NCBI GenBank assembly: GCA_964016885.1
Contig: OZ024743.1
Span: 8,370,001 to 8,434,000 of the forward strand
Direction of reading: 5' to 3'
Length of the DNA: 64,000 bases
Origin: Eledone cirrhosa
Taxonomy: Eukaryota
Below the pieces are notes generated by a model, which saw only the letters and a list, made by a program, of their open reading frames with translations, was not told the DNA's origin and searched no databases. Made by a program: the position numbers and the translations under genes. This document shows positions 38,153-52,230 of the stretch, in pieces (positions within the stretch are counted from its first letter, which is position 1; every line of letters starts with the position of its first letter).

Positions 38153-40291
38153 GTAAGTCTTTTTTAATTCATCATTATCATCATCAACATCATCATTTTA
38201 CGTCCGCTTTTCCCTGCTTGTAAGGGTTGGACGAGTCCTATTCAGCACAGCATCTCTCCATTTGTCACAGTCCTTCGTCATCTCCTCGGTGAGTTTCAGC
38301 GATCTGAGGTCTGCTCTCACCACCTCCGCTCATGTTTTATGTGGTCTACCTCTACTGCATCTTCCTTCTACTGGGATTTCTTGGCACTTTTTTATAGCTT
38401 AGCCTTGGACCTCAGGGACTTTTAATACAGTTGATGTTCAGTTTGAACATCTTGAACACTTTAGCATTTACATTACTTTATATTTACTATTGTATTTTCA
38501 CGGTAAAGGCTTTATCTTACATAATATCGAATCTATGAGATTTGGATATTAGTTATTTTGAGAACAATACCTTAACATCAGTATGAGCGACCAGTTATGG
38601 CCGGTTTGAACAGAAAGAGATAAGAAAATTATGGCCAGTTTAAAAGCTAAAGGGTTAAGTTAATGTCTGTAAGAAAAGCATAGGTGGGGAAATTGATACA
38701 TTGATACAAAGCAAAGGTGTGGGAATTGATCCATTGCAAATGAAATATTGGGTATAGTTGTTAGTGTGAGTTACAGAAGAGGTGAGTTACAGAAGAGGTG
38801 AGTTACAGAACAGGTGAGTTACAGAACAGGTGAGTTACAGAAGAGGTGAGAGAAGGAGAGATGAGTATGTCAATTGGGCTTAGTTGGAGGAGGTATTTAA
38901 CTATTTTAGAGAAGTAGAGGCCATTCTAATAGTGTCAGAATAGGCAGAGAAGAGACTGCCAAAGGTTGTAGTGTACTGGTGAGTTTCTATAAATCAATCA
39001 AATGGTTGTGACTTGACCTATACTAGACAAGGGAAGATATGTACTTAGTAAGATCATTTGTTTTAAGACTAGACCATGTGAGGCATTTTGAATTTGTAAG
39101 ACAATTCAACCTGTCACGTGTTGTATGGTTTACTTAACTGTTTTGATACCAAATTGTCCCTAGTTCTACAATACAAAACTCTTCTTTTTTTTTTAGCTCT
39201 GCATCCTGTGAATGTTGATATGACAGAAATATGACAGCTATTTTTATTAGGTTGAATATCCATAAAAACGTTTTTTATGTTTATATTTAGTTAGTAAATA
39301 ATACCCTGACTTTGGTTATTTCATCAAAGATATGGCGTGAAATTTCTAAAGAGAGTTGAAGTTAATGGATCTTATCCGACCATCTTGCTTGGGGTCTCTC
39401 CCTGGGTCTCCTACCTGTTGGTTTCAACCATAAATCTGTCCAGCATTTCTTTCCTGAGACATTCTAAACACATTCGAAGAAGTAGAGGCTCTACCTTGAG
39501 TGACTCTCTGATTTCCGAGCTATGCATTTTATTGAGGAACATTACTCCAATGCCCCTTCGAAGGAATGCCATTTTGGCTGCTTGTATTGTGGTCGTATTT
39601 TTTCGGTCATTACCCCCCCCCCCCCCCCCCCCCCCCCCAAAAAAAAACCTGCAAGCAGGGAAAAGCGGACGTAAATTAATGATGATGATTTACCTAAAAC
39701 AACCTTTCTTAAACTCTGTTCCAAATACCAGCTTAATAATTGTTTCTACTTTTGGCACAAGGCCAGCAATTACCCAGTGTATTACTGGTACTTTATTTTA
39801 TCGACCCCATAAGGATGAAAGGCAAAGTTAACCTCGGTGGGATTTGAACTCAGAATATCAGTTTAATAATGAGAACATTTTCAAAATTATTTGAAAATCA
39901 TAGGTTAAACATAAGTTAAACAACAGGAGTAATAACAATCACAATATATTAATTGTAAATCTAAAATATTAACATTTTCTAATGCCCAAGAAGCTTTTTA
40001 AGTTAAATGCTTTAGTATGAAGTAATTGAAAGATAACTCTCCATCTGGAAAGAGTTCTGACCTTATGCAAGGTAACATTAAGAAATTATCTGATTTCTAA
40101 CAGCTATATGAACTGTGGCAATATAGACTAAAGTGTTCTGCCCAGAAATTTGTACTTACAGTTTATGAGTAGGTAGTCCAATAAATTATGCTCAGCTCCT
40201 CTCTACACAAAATGTTGATTACTAACTAAATTTAAAATCAATCAAGGAGGAAAATTTTCTAAATTGTAATTTATTTTTAATATATTTTCAG

Positions 40292-40430
40292 TACAGTATG
40301 ACCAAAATCCTTCTTGTGAACATTTTGATCTAATCGTTTCTTTAGCATCATTACCAAATTTAGGGATTTTAGCAACCGCAAGTATTGATAAAACAATAAA
40401 AATTTGGAATGAAACTAATGACCTTGTGAG
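40292..40430 (+). CDS. WDR97: WDR97-like exon 13 (...EHFDLIVSL...ATASIDKTIKIWN)
   Basis: TTTTCAG acceptor, GTAAGT donor, phase 1/2; WD40 repeat. Confidence 0.92.
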
Positions 40431-41341
40431 GTAAGTTTTCTTTGATCTACTGTCTCTCTTCCCTTACCATATTTTCTTTATATCTATACCAACGCTTTGT
40501 TTAAATTTTGAACTATTTCCTCCACTTCAAGAAATTTAATTTCAAACCTTTATAGTTTTCTGTAAAATACTTCATATGTTTGACCTAAGATCATTCTTGG
40601 ATTGGCAGAATCGGTAGAACGTCGAAAAGCATGCTTTTCAGCATAGAGTTACGGCCCTTTGCGTTCTGAGTGCAAATCCCTCTGAGGTTAGCTTTGCCTT
40701 TCATCCTTACAGGGTCGATAAAATAAAGCACCAGTCATGCACTGAGGTCGATTTAATCAACTTTCTCCTCTCCCCAAATTGCTGGCCTTGTGCCTATAGT
40801 ATAAATTATTATTTGATATTTCAGTCATCACAATGCATTACTAAAAGTGTTCAATTTTTCTAAATATTTCTAACATCCAAGTTTATCTTACCATTGATAC
40901 TGTTTGTTGATAGGCATTCATCAAAATTATTTTGTAGTGAATACTTTCATTGCATTGGCCATATTAAACAACATAATTGGTGGATGATTTAATTATAAAT
41001 GGATACTGATTGCATAATTATATAATAAAAAGCTGGGCTTAATTATTGCCAACGTTTACCAAAACAGAAACAATAACAGTTTGTCAAATACAGCAACTAG
41101 GAGGAGAAAAAACATTAGGAGACCAGCTACCATTCTCTGGCTAAGGAAGCAAGAGAGATAACTCTAAACATTCAGTTTTGATTTTTAGCTACTATCAGTA
41201 GAAATAAACTCTTCGCTCTTGTTTGAAGGCCCTGTGTTAATTAACTTATTATATAGAAAAGATTTAAAAATTCCTTTATCTTGTTATGCTCCTAATCATT
41301 TCATGTTTTATTAACTGACAAACGTTTCCCTAAAATATCAG

Positions 41342-41448
41342 AACTCTTAGGCTTGAATCCGTCCCAGACAGTCTATGTTTTTTTGGTGGAAAAGGAGATT
41401 TGCTGATTGGAATTTCTAATCATCTTTATCATTTACCTTATTCAGCTT
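41342..41448 (+). CDS. WDR97: WDR97-like exon 14 (TLRLESVPDSLCF...GDLLIGISNHLY)
   Basis: ATCAG acceptor, GTAAGT donor, phase 2/1. Confidence 0.88.
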
Positions 41449-41824
41449 GTAAGTATAGTTGTTCATATTATTCTTCATTTTCCTCTTAAAATTCTGTTGT
41501 ATTGAAATCCTTGTATCTGTGTGGGATACATTTTCATTAATAGCTATTACAGTTTTATAAAGAACTCTATGAGTAGTATATAATTGAACTTAATACATTT
41601 CTATACTAAATTCAAGCATTTGACGTTAGCTAGATATGGTATAAAAAGAACGAAAAGTTCTGCATCTCATAGAAAGTGTTTGGATGTGCTTTTAATGCAT
41701 AAACAATTAAGTGCAGCACTGCATGTCAAAAATCCATTCATGCAACAATTAGAAACCACACACTACAAATTGGCACCTATAGATTTGGACTAAATACCTA
41801 TGTAAAAATGATCCAAAACCTTAA

Positions 41825-42292
41825 ACCTTTTGATACCTAAAATTGCTCTTAACCCTTTAGCATTTACATTACTCTATATTTGTTGTATTTTTGTAGTAAT
41901 GGCTTTAGCTTACATAATTATCTCACATGATCTTGAATCTATGAGATTTTGATATTATTTATTTTGAAAACAATAATACATCAGTATGAGTGGCTGGTTA
42001 CAGCCAGTTTGAACAGAAAGAGGTGAGAAAATTCTGGTCAGATACGGCCGGTTTAAATGTTAAAGGGTTAATTCTACAATATAAAACTACTTGTTTTAAA
42101 GTGCTTATATCTACCTAAAAACCTTGCATCATAATTTCATGTAAAAACCTTTGTAAAGTTATACTCCAAATACCAGCTTAATAATGACAAAATTAGTTAT
42201 ATTACTAAATCCCTCCAAATTCTTGATTATTTTCAAAATTATTTGAAAATTATTAGCTGCATCTGTCATTAGAAATATGGTAACAAAAGGGG
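41825..42292 (+). mobile_element. piggyBac-type MITE family B hosting a family A insertion; fragments also near 17125 and 39135-39900
   Basis: TTAA-ACCTTTTGATACC ... GGTAACAAAAGGGG-TTAA. Confidence 0.7.
41853..42067 (+). mobile_element. piggyBac-type MITE family A (about 215 bp); other copies at 9612-9813, 30223-30442, 38457-38654, 43186-43406, 43990-44202, 58963-59183(-)
   Basis: TTAA TSD; CCCTTTAGCATTTA / TAAATG(C/T)TAAAGGG termini. Confidence 0.9.
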
Positions 42293-43565
42293 TTAATCAG
42301 TTGACTGGTGCAATTCCTTACTGAGTGAGGTAAAACAGTCATGAATTGCATGTTTTACATCATAGTGATATTTAGAGTTTTGTATTTTGATTTCCCTCTC
42401 AAAGAAATCTATTGGTATGACATATATATATACAGTTTGTTATGTTGCAGAAACTTTTGTTGTATATTAAACTCATCATGAGGTCCTTTGTGAGGCAATG
42501 TTTTATGGCCAATTGTCTTTCCTGGTGCTAGATCTTTTAATTGCCTTCTATGACATGGAGAGATACAGTGTACTTATTCTAAACTGGATACACACACATC
42601 CAAGGATAATAATAATTGTTTCTGATTTTGGCACAAAGCCAGCAATTATCCCAGTACATTACTGGTGCTTTATTTTTATCGATCCCTTAAGGATGAAAGT
42701 CAAAGTTTACCTCGGCAGGATTTGAACTCAGACCGTAAAGGGGCGTAACTCTATGCTGCAAAGGATGCCATCCACTGCCCTCCAAGGATAATAATAATAA
42801 TAATAATAATAATGAAAATTATTGTGTACAGTGCTCAGGTGCACTACAACACACCAAAGGTGCATGTATAGTACATAGAATAATGTACAAATGTCAGGAA
42901 AGTGAAGATGTTAGTGAGAGGAGATGCAGATGATAGGGAGAAACAGAGAAGCTTATCATGGAGCCTGCAACGCTAACCCTTGCTTTAGCAAGGAAATGGC
43001 CTTAAAATGCCTGTTGTTATTGTTGTTGTTGTAGATATTATTGTTTTAATGACATTGCTAAGTTGACTCTACTAGCTCTGGGACATGTAGGAAATGAATT
43101 GAAATCTTAGGTGCTATCTACAGATCTACTATTCCAGATATACAATGCCTTTAGTTAATTAAGAACCAGGCTGTGTATTCTTTAACTCTTTAACATTTAC
43201 ATTACTTTATATTTACTAATATATTTTCACAGTAAAGGCTTTACCCCACATACTTATCTCACATAATATCGAAGCTATGAGATTTTGATGTTATTTATTT
43301 TGAGAACAATACCTTAATGTAGGTATGAGCAGCCGGTTACAGCTGGTTTGAACAGAAAGAGGTGAGAGAGTTCTGGCCAGATACAGCCGGTTTAAATGCT
43401 AAAGGGTTAATGAGTGTAACATGGCAATTGTTAGTACCCACATAGGGTGAACGTTCTTGATAATAGATAAACTTAATGAATCATTTGTATATCAGCAACA
43501 GATTTTCTTTGTGAATTAATGATAAAGTTGCTAGCAGCACTAACATTTATCTCATATCTTTGTAG

Positions 43566-43710
43566 ACTTACCTAATTCCTATAAGTTGAAGTTGTTGTCA
43601 ATGCAGATAAAGGAACCTATAGCAGACGATATGGTTCATGTTAGTAAACGTGCCTTGAAGCGATCTCAGACTTTATCAGATCACCTAGTGATGCCAAGAA
43701 AAAGTTCTAT
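43566..43710 (+). CDS. WDR97: WDR97-like exon 15 (YLPNSYKLKLLSM...)
   Basis: CTTTGTAG acceptor; weak GTTTGT donor chosen because it gives the phase 2 that exon 16 needs. Confidence 0.75.
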
Positions 43711-44809
43711 GTTTGTATATTATGTATATTTTTTAATGGCCACTTATTTCTCATATCAACAGCTATGTATTTTTGTTTTTTGTTTATTTTACAATTTCTA
43801 ATCCTTGCAGTCAATACATTGAATTTGGCACTACCATATAATTTCTAGTAAACATATAATCTGGATGTGTGTGTTTGTGTATGTGTGAACTTATCTACGT
43901 CAACTATTATTCACATAATGCTCAATTGTTAATCATGATGCCTATAATATTGATCTGATACTTCAAACCTCAATTTTCTTAAGTCAAATCATTTACATTA
44001 CTCTATATTTACTATTATATTTTCATGGTTAAGGCTTTACCTCACATAATTATCTCATATAACATCGAATCTATGAGATTTTGATATTATTTATTTTGAG
44101 GACAATACCTTAACATCAGTATGAGCGAGTGGTTACAGCCGGTTTGAATAAATAGAGGTGAGAGAATTATGGCTGGATACAGCCGGTTTAAATGCTAAAG
44201 GGTTAACAGGAACTTTAACCATATTATTAAACTGTTTTCTTTTTATTTCACCAATTTCTATATTCCTTTTACCCCTACACTGCTGAGATTATATTATTTT
44301 ATAGAAACCTTCTTAAATCCCCTACCTTAATACTTGTTATACTAGCCAGCCTGAAACTGCTGCAAGATGTTTTATATGTAAAACTACTCATGGGCTTTGA
44401 GTACAGAAGATCTGAGGCGACAAAAAGGAAATGAAGCATGTTGTTTCACCGGATATGCACATGAATGACAGAACACAAATGAGATGAGAGAAAAAATTGA
44501 GAAGAATTACATATAGTGTGCATGATATACGATTGTGCTGGTATAGTCATGCAATGCCTAAGGAAAGTGAGAGTTGTATAAAAAAAAGTGCTAGACACTC
44601 AAAATGGATGGAACTTGTAGTAAGGGACTAAGGAAGACATGGGACGAAGATAGAAAAAATTACCTCAAGAAAAAAAACTTCACAAAAGAGATGACACATG
44701 ACTGAACTGGCAGATGATATGCTAGAATGAATTGCTGCACATCTCGTCCTAAATTAGGGATTTATCCCACTTGAAACGGAAGAGGGTTAATCCATCAGGG
44801 TACTTGCCA

Positions 44810-45780
44810 TCACCGTGGTTGATACCAACTAGCTTCAATTGAGAAGGGGAAACTGGATGCATCAGGGCTCTGTCTGATGATGTCATTCAGAACAGCATGA
44901 TGGAGGAGCCATCCTGCACTAAGGCTGTAAAATAATGGGTGCAGACTAAACATGTTGATCACAGCTCCACAATGGCATTTGTGTAGCTCACACTCACAGG
45001 GGCCATTCCAATGCAGGTGCACTCCTCATAAAAAATGGTATCAGTTGATGAGGAAGGCACTAAATGGAGTGAAGCACCACTGTTTAGTTGCAAGGTGGAG
45101 CATAGGGAGGCAAGACAGTGTTGGTACAAGCAAGACTCAATCTGGCTGAAGGTGAACTGGTACTTGATGTCATCCCAGTTACATTGGACATCGGTACATT
45201 GGGGGACAGCAAAGCTTTCATCAGTCCAATCAGGGCTGACTCCAGGTCGTGGGCCACATCAGGTTCTGTCAGCTTGCAGAGGAATCTCATTGGTGAAGGT
45301 GCAACTGAAGGAGATTGAGGAGAGATATGCCTGTAGTGCCAAGTCACAAGTGAATCAGAGGCTGAGGCCACTGAATATCATGGAGTTTCACCTGTTGCCA
45401 GCTGGCACTCTCGAAGCAAACGTTGCAGATGAGTTCAGCACAGCCTCAGATGGTAGCATCAAGTCCAACAAGCCAATCTACTACAGGGTGGGAAGGTACA
45501 CCATGTAACATGAAGAGGAATTTGGGGAGAGCAAAGCAGTTCCTCAAAGGAAGAGCACCAAGTGCATGTCAATGAAGAGTAATCTCTTTGTCATCCTCGT
45601 CAGGCATGCATACTTGATTTCCAGGCACTCATGTATGGCTTTCGAGAAGATTGGAGAGCTGAGAATACAAACGGCGTCCTTGAGAGTCAACTGAGCCCCA
45701 GTTAGGACAGGATCAATGCTGAGTATGACGTCTTGGAATTCAACTTCGCTGCAGCTCACATTGACAACCGGCATATAACA
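44810..45780 (-). mobile_element. Very degenerate GC-richer segment, possibly a non-LTR retrotransposon C-terminus
   Basis: HLHWNGPCECELHKCHCGA weakly resembles the RLRTG..C..LHKW..C.CGA zinc-knuckle end of I/Ingi-group ORF2; frames broken. Confidence 0.3.
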
Positions 45781-46044
45781 AAGGAGTTAGGATCCATGAC
45801 TTATTTGTGAAGTACCTAACCAATCCAGGGGTGTGGTTAGAGTTAGCCAACTGAGGCAGTCATTGATTTCCTGTTCTTACAAAAAACACAGCACAATACA
45901 CATCAAATATGCTTAAACAAAAAAGTACTGAACCAGTTATATAATGCCATGACAAAAGTAAATGTATTCTTCTCAAGAAAATATTTAGTTTCAGATTTCT
46001 GAAATTGTAAATGATTGTGATTTGTTGTTTATGAATTTTTATAG

Positions 46045-46120
46045 ATTCCCGGTGTATAGACAGCCGATCCATCCAGAGGAAATCGAAATTCCTATCAATG
46101 AAATGCAACTAAAAGAACAT
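46045..46120 (+). CDS. WDR97: WDR97-like exon 16 (FPVYRQPIHPEE...KEH)
   Basis: TTTTATAG acceptor, GTAAGA donor, phase 2/0. Confidence 0.75.
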
Positions 46121-46156
46121 GTAAGAGATATGATTTTTTAAATCCCTTGAGTTCAA

Positions 46157-46330
46157 CGAGGGTGAACTGAAAAGTTCATAGGCTGACTATGAAGGATTGA
46201 TGCTAGAGCTGCAAAATCTTACATTTATTAATTTCAACTCTCCTTATTGACAACTGAATTGTTTCTTTCCAGAGACTAGATTGAAAAATAAACCTCTTGG
46301 TCAGCCTATGAACTTTTCAGCTGACCCTTG
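46157..46330. mobile_element. mariner-type MITE
   Basis: TIR CGAGGGTGAACTGAAAAGTTCATAGGCTGAC / GTCAGCCTATGAACTTTTCAGCTGACCCTTG. Confidence 0.8.
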
Positions 46331-46450
46331 TTTTAAAAATCGAGTTAAAGGGTGGGGAGAGTGATTGTTATTATCAAAAGAAAACGGCACAATTCTGTCT
46401 ACTATTGTTAACAAACTTACATTTATTTGTTTGCATGGCTTAAAATTCAT

Positions 46451-48803
46451 TATAGCACAGGCATGGCTATAGCACAGGCATGGCTATAGCACAGGCATGG
46501 CTATAGCACAGGCATGGCTATGGCACAGGCATGGCTATAGCACAGGCATGGCTATAGCACAGGCATGGCTATAGCACAGGCATGGCTATAGCACAGGCAT
46601 GGCTATAGCACAGGCATAGCTATAGCACAGGCATGGCTATAGCACAGGCATGGCTATAGCACAGCCATGGCTATGGCACAGGCATGGCTATAGCACAGGC
46701 ATGGCTATAGCACAGGCATGGCTATGGCACAGGCATGGCTATAGCACAGGCATGGCTATGGCACAGGCATGGCTATAGCACAGGCATGGCTATGGCACAG
46801 GCATGGCTATAGCACAGGCATGGCTATAGCACAGGCATGGTTATGGCACAGGCATGGTTATAGCTCAGGCATGGCTATGGCACAGGCATGGCTATAGCAC
46901 AGGCATGGCTATAGCACAGGCATGGCTATGGCACAGGCATGGCTAGTGCACAGGCATGGCTATGGCACAGGCATGGCTATAGCACAGGCATGGCTATAGC
47001 TCAGGCATGGCTATAGCACAGGCATGGCTATGGCACAGGCATGGTTATAGCTCAGGCATGGCTATGGCACAGGCATGGCTATAGCACAGGCATGGCTATA
47101 GCACAGGCATGGCTATGGCACAGGCATGGCTATAGCACAGGCATGGCTATGGCACAGGCATGGCTATAGCACAGGCATGGCTATGGCACAGGCATGGTTA
47201 TAGCACAGGCATGGCTATGGCACAGGCATGGCTATAGCACAGGCATGGCTATGGCACAGGCATGGTTATAGCTCAGGCATGGCTATGGCACAGGCATGGC
47301 TATAGCACAGGCATGGCTATGGCACAGGCATGGCTATAGCACAGGCATGGCTATGGCACAGGCATGGTTATAGCACAGGCATGGCTATGGCACAGGCATG
47401 GCTATAGCACAGGCATGGCTATGGCACAGGCATGGCTATAGCACAGGCATGGCTATAGCACAGGCATGGCTATGGCACAGGCATGGCTATAGCACAGGCA
47501 TGGCTATAGCACAGGCATGGCTATAGCACAGGCATGGCTATAGCACAGGCATGGCTATGGCACAGGCATGGCTAGTGCACAGGCATGGCTATGGCACAGG
47601 CATGGCTATAGCACAGGCATGGCTATGGCACAGGCATGGCTATAGCACAGGCATGGCTATAACACAGGCATGGCTATGGCACAGGCATGGCTATAGCACA
47701 GGCATGGCTATGGCACAGGCATGGCTATAGCACAGGCATGGCTATAGCACAGGCATGGCTATAGCACAGGCATGGCTATAGCACAGGCATGGCTAGTGCA
47801 CAGGCATGGCGATGGCACAGGCATGGCTATGGCACAGGCATGGCTATAGCACAGGCATGGCTATGGCACAGGCATGGCTATAGCACAGGCATGGCGATGG
47901 CACAGGCATGGCTATGGCACAGGCATGGCTATGGCACAGGCATGGCTATAGCTCAGGCATGGCTAGTGCACAGGCATGGCTATAGCACAGGCATGGCTAT
48001 AGCACAGGCATGGCTATAGCACAGGCATGGCTAGTGCACAGGCATGGCTATAGCACAGGCATGGCTATAGCACAGGCATGGCTAGTGCACAGGCATGGCT
48101 ATAGCACAGGCATGGCTATAGCACAGGCATGGCTATAGCACAGGCATGGCTAGTGCACAGGCATGGCTATGGCACAGGCATGGCTATGGCACAGGCATGG
48201 CTATAGCTCAGGCATGGCTATAGCACAGGCATGGCTATAGCACAGGCATGGCTATAGCACAGGCATGGCTATAGCTCAGGCATGGCTATAGCTCAGGCAT
48301 GGCTATAGCACAGGCATGGCTATGGCACAGGCATGGCTATGGCACAGGCATGGCTATGGCACAGGCATGGCTATGGCACAGGCATGGCTATGGAACAGGC
48401 ATGGCTATAGCTCAGGCATGGCTATAGCTCAGGCATGGCTATAGCACAGGCATGGCTATGGCACAGGCATGGCTATGGCACAGGCATGGCTATGGCACAG
48501 GCATGGCTATAGCTCAGGCATGGCTATAGCACAGGCATGGCTATAGCTCAGGCATGGCTATAGCACAGGCATGGCTATGGCACAGGCATGGCTATGGCAC
48601 AGGCATGGCTATGGCACAGGCATGGCTATAGCTCAGGCATGGCTATAGCACAGGCATGGCTATAGCACAGGCATGGCTATAGATCAGGCATGGCTATAGC
48701 TCAGGCATGGCTATAGCACAGGCATGGCTATGGCACAGGCATGGCTATAGTACAGGCATGGCTATGGCACAAGCATGGTTATAGCACAGGCATGGCTATA
48801 GCA
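46451..48803. repeat. 17-bp minisatellite, about 138 units
   Basis: AT(A/G)GCACAGGCATGGCT with minor variants. Confidence 0.98.
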
Positions 48804-49009
48804 GTACAGCCAATACTGGAATTGAATAATCAAGACCGTAGCGGTATGTCATATATCAAATCATATATTTTGTCTGAGGACGTACTGAAAAAACAACACA
48901 GTACCTTTTAAATATATATAATAAAGTATATATTTTGATTATGAGAATATTTTTCATTTGTTAATATTTTGAATATATATATATATATAACTCTATATAC
49001 ATACATATA

Positions 49010-51365
49010 TAATCATCATTTTACGTCTGCTTTTCCCTGCTTGCAAGGGTGGGACAGGTCCTATTCAGCACAGATTCTCTCCATTCGTGACAATCATTTG
49101 TCATCTCCTCCATGAGCTTCAGCGATATGAGATCAGCTCTCACCACCTCCGCCCATGATTTTTGTGGTCTTCCTCTACTGCGTCTTCCTTTTACTGGGAT
49201 TTCTTGGCACTTCTTTACTCAGCGGTCATCCTCCATGCGCATCACATGTCCATACCAACACAATCTTCTCTCCTGCACACTTCAGCTTATCCCTCTTATA
49301 CACTGTTTCTCTCTCAACTCATCTATGCTGGGTCATTCACGCACATTGACATTGCACATCCAACAGAGCATACTTGCTTCATTTCTCTCCAGCCGTCGCA
49401 TATCCACAGTTGCTGCCCATGTCTCACTACCATGCAGCATCACGTATCTCACACAGGTATCATATAACTGGCTTTTCGTTCGTAGGGAAAACCCCTTCTT
49501 TGTCAACAGAGGAAGCAGCTCCCTAAACTTCTTCCTACCTGTCCTTATTCTAGATACTATAGCCTCGAAGCACCCTCCTCCCTTGCTAGGTATCGGAAGC
49601 TATCCACCACCTCTATAGATCCTACCTGCATTTGAAAAATGTGTCTATCACTGTGACTTCTACTGTCAAATTTCCCTGTACATCTACTGCATATGTAGTT
49701 TTCCCTACCTGTTAGTTTGCCTGCTATCCCACTACATCTCTTGTGTACTCAAGATCTGCATTGTGTACATTTTATAGAATTTATGCCAACTCCTTTTCAA
49801 CATATTGAACATGGCCATTTCCCTGATGGAATCAGAGTTTTGTTCTACTTATCAACACTTTAATCTTAGCTAGGTTCACTCTCAGTCCTCTTGATTCCAA
49901 CTGCCATTTCCATAGCCAGAATTTATTCTCTAGCTCCCCTAATGATTCTGCTATAAGAACCAGATCATCAGCATAGAGAAGTTCCCATGGGCAGCCAGTC
50001 TTAAACTCCTCTGTTATGGCTTGGAGCACTATAATGAACAAGAGCAGGCTGAGGACCGAACCCTGATGTACTCCTACTTGTATCTAGAATTCCTCACTAA
50101 ACTCCATTCCTACTCTCACTTTACTGACAGCACCCCTACATACATAGCTTGCACTGTCCTCACAAGCCAATCCTCTACACCCAGATGACAGATCGGGGTA
50201 CTATATCAAAGGCCTCTAGGTCAACAAAATCTAAGTATAGTGGCTTATTCTTCTCTAAGAAACTCTCTTGTAGTTGTCTCACTAAGAAGAGGACATCTGT
50301 TGTACTTTTCCTAGGCACAAAGCCAAACTGCATCTCATCTAATTTAACCCTTTCTCTAATTAGTTGTGTTAGTATTCTTTCTTCCACTTTCATAACCTGA
50401 TCCATCAGTTTTATGCCCCTATAATTGCTCCACTCCAGAGCATCCCCTTTACCTTTGTAACAATTTATAAGAATACTGCTGTACCAGTTTTGGGGTATGC
50501 CTCCCACCATATATAGCTTGATTGACGATGCATGCAACCAGTTTAGTTCCTATTTCTCCTGATGCCTTCAGCATCTCAGCAACTATCCTCAACAGTCCAG
50601 TGGCCTTACCACTTTTCATTTCCTTAATTGCCTCTTTGACCCTATAGTTGTCAATCTCAATAACTGGTCCCTCTGTCGGGTCTACTGGGGATAGTTTCTC
50701 AACATTCATCAGTCTCATAATGACATTTCCAAGCCTCCTTTTTCTGAGCACCAGTGACACTAAGTGCACCAGCATCATTTCGGACACACTTATCTCCAAC
50801 AACATCCTGATTTACACTGATAGTATGAATTGGACGGTTTTATCCCAGTTGAGGTGATATGGGTTGGGAGATTGTGTCTCATTCGTACAGAACTGTTTCT
50901 GGCAGGTTTTCTACGACTGGATGCCCTTCCTAATACCAACCACATTTACAGTGTGGACTGGGAGCCTTTTTACCGTGTCTCCTACATGACCACTTTACAG
51001 TGGACAGAAATTGGATGATGGAGTAGGGGTGTGGGTGGGGTTTATATTGGGTTAAGAGGTGCCTACTGACTAGGTTTAAGTTTGTATGCAAGGGAAGGCT
51101 GGTCTTCTGTACAACTGCATAGCACCAAAGATCTCGATCCAATGGCATTGTCTTAGAGAGGTGTAAGTGAGCAAGGTCAGTTTTCATCACCTCGTCCCAG
51201 GTTTTTCTTGGTCTACCCACTCCGTAGCTTCCATCAATTTTGATCACTCTGCACTTTTTTATACAGCTGTCCTTCATATGCACTACATGTCCATACCAAC
51301 ACAATATCCTCTCCTGCACACAACATTTGATACCTCTTATGCTTAGTCTCTCTCTCAATTCGTTT
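49010..51365 (-). mobile_element. Two adjacent decayed RTE fragments
   Basis: NYRGIKLMDQ, GCPWELLYADDL and GRPRKTWDEV remnants. Confidence 0.88.
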
Positions 51366-51467
51366 ATAATCATTTTACTTTACCATACTTGCATAGGTTG
51401 GGTGGGCCTTTCCAGCAGAGCTGAATAATCAGCATCAGAAATGCATTGATAATTTTAAACATTTCAG

Positions 51468-51608
51468 GCATTTCAAGGATTGAAAGAACGTAACCATGAC
51501 CTTGAAAATATTCTGAATGGGATCTGTCCTCAAAGGAACCAAATGACGAAAGATGTTAAAAATGAGGCATTTATAAATTATATGAACATTATAAACAAAT
51601 TTCTAAAG
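51468..51608 (+). CDS. WDR97: WDR97-like exon 17 (AFQGLKERNHDL...EAFINYMNII)
   Basis: TTTCAG acceptor, GTGAGT donor, phase 0/0. Confidence 0.85.
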
Positions 51609-52230
51609 GTGAGTTACTATATTCTTCCTTATTATCTTTAATGTGCTGTGTGTATCTGGTTTAGAATAGGTACATCATATGCCTGCATATTTTAAGAGTC
51701 GACTAAATGTGTTGGTATCAGAAAGGGTATCCAGTCATAAAATATTGGTTGAAAGGACCCCACATTGAATATGAAGGCTGTCATGGGGCCTGCAATGCTA
51801 GCCCTTGTTCTAGTCAGGAAAATGGCATTAAAACACTTATGTATTTTCAATGTACTGCTGGCAATAAATATAGCATATAAACAATATGTGAGATGGAAAT
51901 ATATAACATAATAGTAATTTCGAATTACATATATGTACATTCCAGTATAATCGAATCTGAAGGAATTTAATATATTTTATATAAAACTCCTTGATTCGAT
52001 CTTAAATAATTTATTTTTAGTTTACAGTGGCCAAGGCTGCTTGGTTTTATGAACATAGACTATGAGGAATAGACTAAACTTACATATGAGGACATCCTGA
52101 TGGAGTCACCCAGTACATTCTGTGAAGTGGTAGTGCTACCTGCACATTCTGTAAAATGGTTGGTGATCAAGCGGAGACAATATAGGGCAGAGGAAACTTT
52201 CTTGTCTGGCTGAGCATACAAGAACCTCTC

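Noticed and set aside
47789-48019. 76-aa ORF in the 17-bp array
   Set aside because: Chance run of stop-free variants.
51930-52010. Hairpin with CTGAAGG resembling a hammerhead (also about 15460-15505)
   Set aside because: Core nucleotides CUGANGA/GAAA are not both present; too degenerate to call.
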